NCBI GenBank assembly: GCA_009602735.1
Contig: WELA01002258.1
Coordinates: forward strand, 713,546-752,061
Length of the DNA stretch: 38,516 nucleotides
From: Mesotaenium endlicherianum
Lineage: Eukaryota
Direction of reading: 5' to 3'
Both the position numbers and the translations under genes were made by a program. The notes beneath the pieces are model-generated. The model saw nothing but the letters and a program-made list of their open reading frames with translations, did no database searches and was not told the DNA's origin. Positions 11,901-24,328 of this stretch are shown here, piece after piece. Every line of letters starts with the position of its first letter. The stretch's first letter is position 1.

Positions 11901-14900
11901 ATACAAAGCCGTTGATGAGGATGTCCATGACGCGGACGCCTGCAGCCGCATACTCCACCTCGCAGAAGTGCAGCCGCAGCAGATAGAACGTCAGGTTGGA
12001 AGGCAGCCGCAGCGGCATCGAAATCGTGGGCGTGCCGCTGCTGCTGCTGCTGCTCTGATTGAGCGCCAAGGGCAGGGCCCTCCGCCCGGAGCGCAGCAGC
12101 GCCGCAGGCACGTAGCTCGGGCTGACGTCCGCGCCTCCGATCACAACATCGTTGCTGACGCTGTAGAGGGCGGTGGAGGCGGGGGGCTCGTAGAAGTTGG
12201 GGTCGTCGCCAAAGAAACGGCGGCCCAGGGAGTCCACCACGTCCTTGCCGCCCACATTCCAGCGCCTGTATGCCCACAGCTCGGTGGGTGGCGCCACGAT
12301 CGTGGAGAAGTAGCTTGCAGCCGGCATTGGCACCACCTGCCCACCACCACCATCCATCCGGCAGGCAAAGGCAGGCAGATTCAGCAGTAGCAGCAGCAGC
12401 AGACACAGACACAGCTCAGCCTCACTCACCATCGGCCTGCACGCATGAGATGCATAAACCAATGCTCCGGGCAGGCAGGCTCCCAGAAAGGGCAGGGAGG
12501 GAGCGACTGACCTCGATGGCGTTGACGTAGGGGGTAGAGTCAACGGAAGCAAAGCTGAGTGTCAGATTGGGGCCTGGGACGGCCACCACGTACTCAAACT
12601 GCTCGTGGCTTGCGAAAGTGGATGGGGTGTAGGACACTCCCACCTGGCACACAGTCGAGCCAAACCCCACCCGCACCAGCAGGTTACACTCTGTACTTGC
12701 ATGCACCTAAGCGACAGCTAGGTGTGTTGCCTGTGGCCATAAGCTACTAGCGCTAATAGTACTAGTGGTGCAAGGCTGCCTCTTGGGGATGCTGGTGTGT
12801 AGAGTCGAGTACCTGAGAAAGAGAGAGAGAGAGGATGGGTGAGGAGGAGGAGGGGACGAAGGATTGTACCGGATTGTCATTGATGACAAAGGCGAGGTGG
12901 CGCAAGGACGTGTTTGCATACTTGAGCTCCGCGAAGTGCACGCGTATCTGCCCAAATGACACGCACTCATCCCTGTCGTCGTCAGAGTGTGCTGCAGACG
13001 GCCAAATATGGGCGCAGGACAGTGGTCACGCAGACAGACCGAGACAGGCAGACAGACTGCATGGCCCAAAACAGCCAAACCTGCACAAGTGTGCAGGCAC
13101 GTGGGTTGAGCGGCCAGCAAGCACAGGGGAAGGGGAAGTGGGGAGGGCAATCCTGCTGCCAAGCCCACTTGCAGCAGCAGCATTCGCGTGCCATCTCCTA
13201 CCCTGCCCTACCAAGTATGTGCCCTTGTCGGCGGGGATGACGTAGTTGCCGACACCGCCGCCACGTGGCCACTCGCGGTAGGATGCCACCACTGGGGCGT
13301 CCTGGCTGGTAGAAACCAGGAGGGCGGTGGCGTTGTCTGTGGCAGCGACCGCCGTGCCCCCCTCAAAATAGGCATCCTCTGACCACTGCACGTTCCTGGC
13401 GTTCTTGTACGCCCCACCGCCGCAGTTTATGTGCAGAGCACCTGCCGCAGCCACACATCATCATCACCATCCAGAGGCTTCAGCACATGCTCCTAACTCT
13501 GAAGTGAGCACTCCCCCGGAGCCCCGCAGAGAACCATCTATCCCTTCTCAAATCGATGGCAAGAAGTTTACGCCCCCTGGCAATGTCTTCCTCCTCCTCT
13601 CACTCCCTCCCTTCTTAGTTGCTAAGTGGCCAGCGTGAGCCTCAGCCCAAGAGCGGAGGGCACAGGGCAAAGGGCACAGGGTGCGGACCTGGGGGAGAAG
13701 GGGGGGCGGGCAGCATCTCAATGAGGACAAAAATTTCAAAGGCGCTGAGGATGGGCTCCACCACGCGGCCACGCGTGTTGGCTACCACCTCCACCACCAG
13801 GTCGCCCAGCGGGTCCTCAATCTGCACCACAAAGTCGCGGTGCATGCCCGCATTGGGCCCCACCTGGCGCACGATGTCCAGCCCCTCCAGCACCAGCTGC
13901 ACCCCCCCCCCNNNNNNNNNNNNNNNNNNNNNNNNNNNNNNNNNNNNNNNNNNNNNNNNNNNNNNNNNNNNNNNNNNNNNNNNNNNNNNNNNNNNNNNNN
14001 NNNNNNNNNNNNNNNNNNNNNNNNNNNNNNNNNNNNNNNNNNNNNNNNNNNNNNNNNNNNNNNNNNNNNNNNNNNNNNNNNNNNNNNNNNNNNNNNNNNN
14101 NNNNNNNNNNNNNNNNNNNNNNNNNNNNNNNNNNNNNNNNNNNNNNNNNNNNNNNNNNNNNNNNNNNNNNNNNNNNNNNNNNNNNNNNNNNNNNNNNNNN
14201 NNNNNNNNNNNNNNNNNNNNNNNNNNNNNNNNNNNNNNNNNNNNNNNNNNNNNNNNNNNNNNNNNNNNNNNNNNNNNNNNNNNNNNNNNNNNNNNNNNNN
14301 NNNNNNNNNNNNNNNNNNNNNNNNNNNNNNNNNNNNNNNNNNNNNNNNNNNNNNNNNNNNNNNNNNNNNNCCCCGGCCCCCTCTTCCCCCTTTTCCCCTT
14401 CAGGCTGCGCCAATTACTCACTCAGTCACTCGGTCAACAGCAGCAGGTGCACGAAGGGGGAGAAACATCTCCTCCTGCCGCTCACCTGGTTGTTGATGCG
14501 GATATCCAGCAGGCGGTCACCGGGCAAGCTCAACTCTATCTCCGCAAAGTGCAGCCTCACGAGCACCCAATCTCTTGAAGTCAGGGATTGGATGTACGTC
14601 AGTCTTGCCGGCGGATCTGTCGGCTGGCCGCCTGGTGCCTTGCGAAAGCTCTGGTAGATGCCAGCTGGCAGCCTGTCGAGGGTGGCATTGAGGTTGCTGA
14701 TGTTGGCCTGCCTGGTGAACACCACAGAGCGCTGCTGCGAGTACCAGAGGCCATCGTCGTCGGCAATCCACACGCGCCCCTGGGAGTCTCCGATGCCGTC
14801 GCCACCCACATTGATGCGGACTGACGTGAAGAGCAGCGAGGGCGTCGTCACCGCCTCCCTGTACTGCCCCTCCGGCGCCGGGTACACCTGCAGGCTCCCT

Positions 14901-17900
14901 TCCCGTCCGTCACCTTCTTGTGGGCTGTTGCGCGCACCACCGCTGCCGCTGGAGTGGTTGGTACGAGTTGCTCCTAATGTGCATGGACTGCCTCATCTGC
15001 TGGAGAGGTCGCAGGGAAGGAGGGGTTCTTGGCTAAGGATGGGAGAGGGAGTGGAAGCGCCTGCGGACCTCTATGGCGTTGATGTAGGGCGCGCCAAAGA
15101 GGCCGCGGTTGAAGGCGATGGTGAGGTTGGGCGTGGTGACAGGCAAGTGCACCGCCTTTGTGGTCGCAAAAGCCGGGTATGCGCTGTTGTAATTTATCAG
15201 CACCTGCCTCGTCATCGCCATCAGCATTCATCAGAGAGCCGGCTGAGCTCGGGAGAGGAGCAGCAACAGCAGCAGCATCAGAACTTAGGGGCTTAAAAAC
15301 AGGGAGTGAGGGAGGGCGGGGAGAAATCTCCAGGCAGGCAGGCAGGCAGGAAAGAAGCATAGTGGAGAAGGGCGGACTAGCAGCAGGTGGGAGGGCGGCC
15401 AGGGGACAGGAGGGGAGGGAGCTCACAGCGGTGTCCTGGAACTGGACCGTGAAGGCGCGATAATAGACGTTGCTGTACTCCAGCTCCGCAAACAGCAGCC
15501 GAACCTGCAAGCCGGCAGCCAGCAGCCAGGGTGTCATGTCCTGCCCTCTTCCTTGCTCTCGCTCTCACTCTTTTTGTCTAGTAGCGATTGACAACGTCGG
15601 GAAACATGTCTGGGTGGACCCCCACCCAAGCAGTGGCAAAATGCAGCACCAGCACCAGCATGAGGGGACGGGAGCACGCACCAGGTACAGGCCGGGCCTG
15701 GGTACGGGGATCCGGTAGTAGTTGAGCGTCTCCCCCGAGAACTCGCGGTACGACGCCGCCACCTGCAGCGCCTGGTTGTTGTCCTGCTCTCTCGCCAACA
15801 AGGCAAACTTGGCCAGGCTGGCAGGCACAGCCACACCCCCCGAGAAGTATCGATCCGCCACATACGGGAACCCAGCGGCCGAGACCATGGCCTCTCCACC
15901 GCAGTTGATCCGCAGAGTGCCTGCAAGGGTAGACAGGTAGTGCAATGCATCGGGTTGGCACTCGAAAAGAAAACTTTCCCTCAACTTACATATAATGAAA
16001 GATATCAGGCGCTTAGAGGACCAGGTGCAGCAAGGGGTTGGCACCGCCACCTCCTCGCTCACTCACAAAGCATGGCCCATGCCTTGCCGACGTGTGATTG
16101 AAGTAAGGACAGGACTAAGCATCTCCTCCCTCACATGCAAAGGGAAAAACTAGGATTGCTACTCCCCTGGGCTAGCACGGGGGGAGGGGGGCAGGTCTGA
16201 GGCTTGACCTTTTCCTTGCCCTTGAACTCAACCTTGGTCTGCATGCAAGTCACTCCCGCCCAGCACAGGAGCTGCCCCCCCACGCACATGTGGAGCCCGG
16301 GGGGCTAGAGGCTGGAGGATAGGGGCTAGGGGCTAGGGGCTAGGGGCTAGAGGCTAGGGGCTAGAGGCTCTCTCCCTCTCTCCCTCCCTCTAACCTGCTC
16401 TTGCTCGGGCTTCCTTTGATCTTACCGTCAGGAAAGGGATCAAAGACTTGGGGCAGCGGGCTGTGGCGGAACACTTCCAGCGCGCTCAGCAGGGGCTCCT
16501 GCACGGGGCTGGTGGGAACGTTGATGACGGTGATGTTGATAGTTCTGCTGGTCGCGGCGGGCACGGGCTCCACGTTGAAGTCCAAGAACATGGCCTTGCT
16601 GGGGCCTGCCAGCCGCACCACGTCCAGGCCCGCATACACCAGCTGCACCCCCAGCCCAGGAGGAGCATGAGCGCGCGCACGCATTCACACCCACACACAC
16701 ACAGGAGCACCCTCCCTGTCCTCTGACGGACAGCAGAGCAGCAGCGGAGGGGGCTCCTAATGCCAAGCTGCATACAAGCATATACTCCCCCCTCAGCCCG
16801 GAAGCACAGACGCGCAGGCGGCATGTTCCATGAAGGAGCAACCGGCCCCACCCGCTACCAGAACGCATGATGGGCGCTGCCGCCCGTTTAGTACACGGGC
16901 AGTGAGTGATTTATTAGTCGGACTGACCTCGTCATTGACGTAGACGTTCATGACGCGCTGGCCGGCGGTGAGGCCCTGGACCTCCGCAAAGTGCAGGCGC
17001 GCCGTGTGGTAGGAGGCGCCTAGCACGGGCACCACGATGTAAAGCCCCACACCCGTCAGGTTCTGCGCCGCGATGGTGGTGGCCGTCTGGAGCACGCGCA
17101 GCGGCAGGAAGTCGGGCGAGCTGCCCGTGCCCGCCACCTGGACGGCGGGGCCCACGCGCGTGCTGCTGGTGCGGTTGTTGACGTACATGAGCGGCACGTC
17201 GGGCTCCCACGTGCGCCCCTCCGAGTCCAGAAAGGGCGCGGGGTCGCCGCCCATGTCCAGGCGCGTGATGGTGCGCATCATCATGGGCGTGTTCACATTG
17301 TTGCGGTACAGCCCTGGGTAGTGGCGCGCCACCTGTCAAGTCGGCAGCACAGCAGAGGCGCAGATGGTGACTTGCATGACATTTAGGCTAGCAGAGGTCA
17401 GAGCAGAGCAGAGCAAATGACTCGCCAGAGGTTGGGGTCTGGCTGCGTTGCTCCCATGCCTGCCTGCGTGGCAGCTCCTGCCAGTAGCATGGCTGCGTTT
17501 GATTTAATCGCCGCATCATCGTCATCATCATCATCATCATCTTGATCAACGTCCGCAGCTGCAGCAGCAACGCTCAAAGTGCATGCATGCAGGTGCCGGC
17601 CCACGCTATGCAGAGAGCAGAGCACACGCCAACGGAATAATGGAGCGTGTAAACAAGCGCACTCACCTCAATGGCGGAAATGTGCATGGCTGCTGTGATG
17701 GCGGTGAGGGACACCACGACCGCGCTGCCGTACACGGGCACCGAGAACTCCAGAAAATATGGCACCGCCGGGTTTGCCACAGTGTACGCCCTGTACGCCT
17801 GCAGCAGCAGCCTCAGGAGCAGTGGCCATTGCTTCAGCACTCGGCCGCAGGAGGTGGAGGAGCAGGAGTCGCTGCAGCTGACTAGATGCAACACAGCGCG

Positions 17901-19048
17901 CCCGGTGGCTACATTTTCACTGTTATCTAAAAAATTGCAGCTTGCTCTCCTGCTTCCTGCTGCCCTTGCCACTTCTTCTTTTTTTGGGGGGGGGGNNNNN
18001 NNNNNNNNNNNNNNNNNNNNNNNNNNNNNNNNNNNNNNNNNNNNNNNNNNNNNNNNNNNNNNNNNNNNNNNNNNNNNNNNNNNNNNNNNNNNNNNNNNNN
18101 NNNNNNNNNNNNNNNNNNNNNNNNNNNNNNNNNNNNNNNNNNNNNNNNNNNNNNNNNNNNNNNNNNNNNNNNNNNNNNCCCCCCCCCCCCAGCACCATCA
18201 ACAACACGTGCATGCATCCGGCCGCGCGCTCTTGATGAGGCACGCAGCCACGATGACAGGAGACTCCTGCTCATGCCGTGCACGCAGTGCTCGCAAGCAT
18301 GCATCCTTCTTGGATGTACTTCCAGGAGGGTGCTCATGGTGGCAAGTTCAAGAGCCCTCAAGTGCCACCGTGACCCCCATGCCACTCTCCCAACGATGAC
18401 ACCTGGCTCCGAGGACCTCCAGCTTCTCCTTTCTGCAGTCTAGGTGTGGCTGGACCACGCTGGACTACACCTGAGCAGATTGCATCAGCGGCAGAAACTT
18501 TGTCTGGCACGCTACGCTGCCCGAGTCTGTGAATGGGATGACACAGCTGGCAGCAGCAAGGCCCCATCCTTTCCTTTTCCCACGCCCTGCTGCCTTTGAA
18601 GCATGCCTTTCCATCGCCGGCCACTCCTCCCCGTCATGCGATGCCTCTACGGCCATTGCAACGCAAAGAGTGAGGGGTGCATGCAGCCCCACCCACTCAC
18701 AGCAGCTGGCGCTCTCCGGGGCTAACTCCCTCTCAGAGCAGGCTCCACGCGTCGCAGCTGGTCCGGCAATTCAACCCTCACAGGGTACCATCCCACGGTC
18801 AGGGGGAGATGGGCGTACCCAGAAGTAGCCAGGGGCAGCCACAGAGATGTTGTAGGAGCCCACGTAGTCCGTGGGGGCCCACTCGCGGGTGGTGGCATAC
18901 AGCAGGTTGTCCTGCAGCAGCAGCTGGGCTCCCGACGCCGTGCTGTTGGCTGGCAGGCCGCCGACATAGCTGCTGTCGGCCGCCCACGTGCGGTTAAAGT
19001 GGTCGACGAAGGCGGGACCGCCGCAGTTGATGCGGACCACTTCGCCAT
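4122..19048 (-). CDS. Multi-exon malectin-like receptor-like kinase (CrRLK1L-related RLK/Pelle): 5 tandem malectin-like pairs, TM helix, Ser/Thr kinase; 5' exon not located
   Basis: Manually spliced GT-AG exons: 19048-18819, 17798-17667, 17332-16928, 16642-16426, 15920-15682, 15504-15427, 15203-15069, 14887-14486, 13896-13689, 13441-13212, 12947-12870, 12643-12512, 12336-11905, 11708-11504, 11346-11102, 9628-9500, 9347-8931, 8706-8505, 8352-8117, 8017-7940, 7811-7680, 7457-7346, 7177-6891, 6524-6326, 6176-6042, 5905-5688, (gap)5614-5500, 5348-5188, 5058-4913, 4708-4615, 4493-4122(stop). Recurrent malectin motifs (R/H)INCGG, RLHFAE, GxRVxDIxIN, LDVV..VGP, xSAIE. Confidence 0.88.
6042..6176 (-). 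CDS. Transmembrane exon of the RLK
   Basis: [35 protein letters not shown]: hydrophobic helix followed by an RRR stop-transfer; flanked by AG/GT. Confidence 0.9.
   Translation of the reverse strand, partial: RRPRGSRPERLPAQLSERVCWRQCCCWRPLCGAAGATISRALWT
6326..8352 (-). CDS. Malectin-like pair 5 exons
   Basis: [75 protein letters not shown]. Confidence 0.85.
8505..11346 (-). CDS. Malectin-like pair 4 exons (interrupted by duplicated segment and gaps)
   Basis: VVRINCGG (11346-11102); VAGNFSF..ISAIE (9628-9500); ERYNIGG..VRLHFAE (9347-8931); [14 protein letters not shown] (8706-8505). Middle 78-bp exon not seen; N junctions at 9830 and 10885. Confidence 0.8.
9831..10884. repeat. Apparently identical copy of 8413-9466 (offset 1418), bounded by single Ns; probable assembly artefact
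   Basis: Identical ORF translations in both copies, introns also identical by eye; N at 9830 and 10885 next to poly-G runs. Confidence 0.85.
11008..11044. repeat. (CAG)n microsatellite in an RLK intron
   Basis: Direct inspection. Confidence 0.85.
11504..13441 (-). CDS. Malectin-like pair 3 exons
   Basis: [57 protein letters not shown]. Confidence 0.85.
13689..15920 (-). CDS. Malectin-like pair 2 exons
   Basis: [66 protein letters not shown]. Confidence 0.85.
16301..16368. repeat. Intronic (CTAGGGG)n heptamer array
   Basis: GGCTAGGGGCTAGGGGCTAGGGGCTAGAGGCTAGGGGCTAGAGG. Confidence 0.85.
16426..19048 (-). CDS. Malectin-like pair 1 exons
   Basis: [60 protein letters not shown]. The short middle exon is probably in N-gap 17996-18178. 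Confidence 0.8.
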
Positions 19049-21269
19049 CTGGACGTCACCTCCAATGCAAAATGCACGAACTGAGTGAAATGAGCGAACA
19101 GAGTTCTCGGCAGCATAATATCATTCTGGCAGCTGCTTTCAACCCCTGCCCAGTCAACGCTGCTCGACCAATCTCCAGAAATGCATATAAGTCTCCCTTC
19201 TACCTTTCCTTGCTTCCCCGTGATGACAAGCTTGACGACTGCGTGCGTCGGCAAACGCTTCCTGAAAAGCAGGCAGGCTGCTGCTCGTCGCTGCAAGCTG
19301 CTGTGGCGTGTGAGGACCCAGCACTCAATTGACATGCAGCGGAAGACAAGGAGGGGGAGGGGAGCATCTGTGCATGGGTTGACAGTGCACGCCACACGCA
19401 GCTTCCATTGCTGCCATAACCCGCCATACACAGCCTTGCAGTGTATTNATACACAGCCTTGCAGTGTATTTGAAACTCCTCATCAACTTCATCAATATAC
19501 AGAGTTGCATCCAATCAGGCATTACCAAGCCTGATGAAAATGTCAGACTGATTCTAACCTATAGCACAGCCGCATAGCGACTATCTGCCCCTGCTCCCAT
19601 ACCAATACATAAGTTCACTACACGTTTCTTGTTCGACTTGTCGGGTACAAGTCCCTCCTGCGCTCCGCTAAGAACCGAAGCCACATGTTCTCCAGTCAAC
19701 TCATTTCATCATTCAACTTGTTCAGTTTCTGTCGTGGCCCCTCTACTTGATGAAAGTATGTCGTCTATGCCCTTACCCTCTTTGACTCTACTCGCGTTTA
19801 TATCAGAACGCATTCTATAAGTATAACTACTCCACAAGCCAGCATAGCAGCTAGCGTAGACACACGTGCTCGTTTGAAATTCGTACTCATGTTCGGGTTA
19901 TTCAAAATGCGCACGCTCAGTCACATAGATGGCAGGTACAGAAGGGTGGAGTCGCTGAAGGCACTTCAAGTAAAGAGCCAGTTCTGCTTCAACTTCAAAC
20001 TCCCCTGCAGTTATGCAGCCAGTCGGGTACCGTAATACAGGCTTGCATATCTTGGGGAGGCAAACGTGCTTAAGAAGGAAAGCTTGCGAGAAGCTGAAAC
20101 TAAATTCATTCCTGAGGCAATTCTCCTTGTTTCGCTATAAGAAAGTGCTTTTTTATTTCCCGTAGCCTGTGCTCGACTGTTCAATGCGAACTACGAGAGC
20201 CTTGATATCACTCACATGCATTCTCAGCACCCACGCGTTTACCTGAACTCTCGCCATTAACGGCTACAAGCAGGACGATGAAAATCCAGTATAAGCATGC
20301 GAAGCGTCCGCGCTTCATAGGCCTCATGTTGGCAGATTACTTCATAGAATTTTCTTGTCAAGGCATCAATAGTAGAGGGGGCACGACTCTACGAGGCAAG
20401 GAGTTGAAACATAAGCTGACGAATGGCAATTTTCTGAATTTCACAATCGAGGATTGGAGCAGACTAGACCTGATGTCAATCACTAATTGCAGGCGCGTGA
20501 AGGCCCGAGCTCTTGACGACGTAGCCGACTTCGGAACTTGTACACGTGAGGCGACAACAGAGAGAAGTGGGAGTAACCAGGCCTGACAGGGACAGGTAAT
20601 TGGGTCGGACCCTTGAAATAGTCTCGAAAACGCCAAAGTTTGCAATTCGCTTGGACTCCCGGAGCGGCCACCAACCTCCGGAACAAACTTTTCTCGATTC
20701 GACCGGGAGACATTTTAACCGCAAATGTATCCGAGAGGCATCGTACCAAGATGGACGAGAAAATGCCAGAATGTGATGAAGCCCTGCCTGGCGTAATCAT
20801 GCAACTATGAGAGCACACTGGACAGAAGTACTCGAGCATAAGCGTGTATGCAACAAACGACACTCATCGACACGATTTGTACGCCTCTGCAAATCTGTAC
20901 CTTGAGATCACTTGAAAAGCTGACAATTTCGAGACTAAGCACGCGAGGTCACGGAATTTGAGAAGCAAATGACAAGACGACAAGGTCCAGAAATATATAA
21001 TCGAGGTGACGACAAACCAGGCGCTTGACTAACAGTTCGTCTTGACGTAGGGCATTGTCACATACAAGAATCAAGGCGGCAACCTCAGTCATTCATGAGT
21101 GCGACCGCGACGTGGACAAGGACCGCTGACAATTTTCACCGTAACCGCTTCTTGCCGTTAGACGCAACGTATCTAGTTCGAAACACTACTGCTCGGATTG
21201 GGCAAGAGCCTAAATAGAGTTATTTTCCTTTGAAGTGTCTTACATTATTTTGTTTGTCTTAGGGACTCA

Positions 21270-22509
21270 TGTGGCGACTATTATCCGTTTGACGGTGTCG
21301 CACGCGCAGCGCAAGCTACGGCCACCTAGTGCTGAAAGTCAACGTTGCCTCACCCACCACTTGACTGATTACATCGCAGTTACCGGTTATGGCGGCGTCA
21401 AGACCACTGGCAAGGGGTCAATGGCAAGGGGTCAATGCCAGTGTGCCCCACACCCAAGGATGGGGGAGGTTTTGACAAGACAGCCGCGAGGCTAGGAGCT
21501 GGGGATCAGCAATGAGCCGCCCAGCAAGTACCAGGTCAGGTACTGTGTGACTGGCAGATTAAGCCAGGTCATGGCTGCAATGCCAAGATAGGTTACGGCC
21601 GCCCGGTTGGGAAAACTTGAGCAAGCGGCATTTGCTTGCACGCCGCTCAGGAATTCTTAGCCATGAGCCAATTAGGCGTGACTGCCGGCTGAGAAGCTAA
21701 GCAGCCACGCGCGACAGTCACAAGGTGTGCATGCATGCTGAGTGACTACGAGTTTGAGTTGAGCAAGGCTGGGCAGAGGCGACATGCAGCTAAGTTGTGT
21801 GACTAAGCACGGCATTCTCGAAAGATGACGCTGTGTGGTGCCTGCGAAAGGCACGAATCTTGCCTGAGACATGTCATTCACTCTCACGCACCTTTGCCAA
21901 GAAGCAGAAGGAAAGAGAAGAAGGGCGCGAAAAAGAAGAAGGAGTTCCCAAGGCCATTGGAGGGCCAAAGCCCCACGCTTCTGACGACGCCGAAGATTCT
22001 TCTGTGTATCATAGATAAGTTAGGATTGTAGGAGTTCCCAAGAGGGAATCTCACGGTTGAAGAAGGAGAACTGCAGAATAGAATTTGCTAGGAGATTAGC
22101 ACAGAGTCAGCCGAACGCCACAAGTGTGTGTGTGAAGCAGCCTTAAAATGGTGAGTTGAGTGTTGATTTCCAAGTTCTCAGAAGTCGCATTCGCATCTCG
22201 AAGAGAGAGAGTAGTATTGACAGATAAAGCTCTCAGTGAAGAACTGAGTGAGCCCAGCCTGGCAGTGAAGAGCTGTTAAGGCGCGGTGTTAAGTGAAGAG
22301 CTTGACCCAGGGCAGCATAGACGTGGTTTCAGAGTTTTGTAAGCTGACTTGTGGAAGTTAAGCGAAAGCCCGAAGGGCAATTTTCTCAGAATCTGACGTT
22401 GCATGTCAAGCTGTTTAGAGTGTGATTTCTGCAAACTACAATTTGCTCACCTATGAACCCAAGAACCTTAAGGCATAAAGCCTATGTGGAAGTAAGAGAC
22501 TTTCGTCCT
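21270..22509 (+). repeat. Terminal repeat A (1240 bp), 5' copy
   Basis: Nearly identical to 31267-32492. The 14-bp length difference is explained by a tandem duplication GGCAAGGGGTCAAT at ~21409-21436. Confidence 0.93.
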
Positions 22510-22845
22510 ACTTCTGAGAATATCAGTTCCGTGGTTCAGGTGAATAGAAATTCCCAAGCAAATTGGGGATTGAGGCCTGTGAGGGCTGCCGGTGCTCAAC
22601 CTGGAAGGGGACCTGGAGAAATTCAACTGTACATGCAGTTGAGGAGTGGAAGACTCTACTACCCTGTGGAGCCTGCGAAAGTATCTGATTCAAGCCAAAG
22701 TCCACGAGAAAGTGAGACATCTGAGCACACGGATAACCTGTAGAGTGAGCAACCGTCGAGAGACGAGTCTCGCCATACTGCCACAAACAGTGAGAATCCG
22801 TATAACGCGCGAGCTTTTGTACCCAATTCGGGCAGAGAGCACGAC

Positions 22846-24328
22846 GTGTGGGATAAAGATAGTGAGTCTTGGTCACCACTCGAAATGACTGGTGATGATA
22901 AGGATGAAAATCCTAAGTTCAAGCTGTCTACAAAGTGTTTTAGTGGACGAACCAGTGGAAATAGTCTCACTTTCGAAGAGTTTGATGAGATCTATTGGGC
23001 TGACTTCTTTGAGAAAATCCGAAAGGATTCTTCTTACACTCAGTCTATCGCTTTTATAAGCTTGGTTCAGTACTTGGACAAGGATGCCTTGTTGCTGTAT
23101 TGCCAATTTCGGAAGGATGAGAACCTTACTCAGAAATGGGCGTTTGACGAGCAAAAGAAGGCGAGAGATTTGAAAATCCAGAATGAGGCTGCGAAAGCCC
23201 GCCTGTCCGCTTTGTCATCAGGAAGAGCGATACCTGCTGCACCTGTTGAGAGCGTAAACTTAGCTGCACCAACACAAGAATTAACAGATGCCATGAAGCA
23301 ACTCACCAAGGGTCAGCAGCGAGCGGCTACTCGAGATGATGATGCTGGATCTGTCATAGAATTGCGTAAAGTGTGTGCAGAATTGTCTGAAAAGATTGCT
23401 AATGCTCAGGAACGAGAAACACGCAGAGCTGCACCTTTTACAGGGCAGCATGGTGATAGTGCCACCACGGAAGCAGGCCATGCGCAAGCGTTGCCTAGTT
23501 GCCGTAGGGATATGGAGGCTGGAGATGACCAGTTAGACTCTTAGCACTGTCTGCGTCGTTTCTTTAAGTTGCTTGAAGCAAAATCCCCAGAGAATCGCAG
23601 TCTTAAAGTGCACCGTTATGTTCATTTTGTCCGTCAGAAGAACGACACAGTGATGGAGGTCAAATCCAGATTGGTAGACCTTGCCAAGAAGGCAAGAATC
23701 TATGAGCCTAGGATTGTGGCTGACAAATTCTTATTATGTCTGGGTAAAGACACAGATCGGGAGGTCAGGCCGCACCTATCTGCAAAACGCGGAATCGACT
23801 TGAACATCGACGAGGTTGCTGAAATAGCACGCAATGTCGAGGAAGGTAAAGTCTGGTACAAGGAGGCGTCCAGGACGCTTATGGCTCCTGAGAGAAGGGA
23901 GGAATCCTTTCAGCCTAAGGCCAATAGCTCTAATTTCCAGTTTAAAAAGAAGAGCGGGTCTTTCGATAAAATTTGCTAAGCACGCCAACACTGCTGAGAC
24001 AGCAGAGGGCTGTTGGAATTGCGGGAAATCGGGACATCAGAAGAGAGATTGTCCGTACCCGGATGCTAAGCAATTGTTTGCTAGCAAGGCGCAAGTATGC
24101 GCACATTGCAGTAAAAAGGGACACTCAGAAGATGAGTGTTGGTCCAAGAACCCAAATCTGAAACCACCATGGGCTAATGCTGCCACGAAAGAGGCGGATA
24201 AGGGTAAGAAAAGGGAGAAAGATAACTCTGGTAACCGGAAGGGTAACCAGAAGTATGATGCTATGAGTGCAGAGATTGCAGAGTTGAAAGCTAAATTTGC
24301 AAGACTAAATGTGCCTAATGTCTTATGA
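22846..24328 (+). pseudogene. gag: gag region with two CCHC zinc knuckles (stop at 23542, frameshift near 23970)
   Basis: RQKNDTVMEV..RL.DLA capsid-like motif; CWNCGKSGHQKRDC and CAHCSKKGHSEDEC. Confidence 0.85.

Noticed and set aside
19426..19470. 22-bp direct repeat
   Set aside because: Separated by a single N at 19448; assembly artefact.
23938..23950. TTTAAAAAG as a programmed -1 frameshift site
   Set aside because: The heptamer is not in the required phase and the needed shift is +1; more likely mutational decay.
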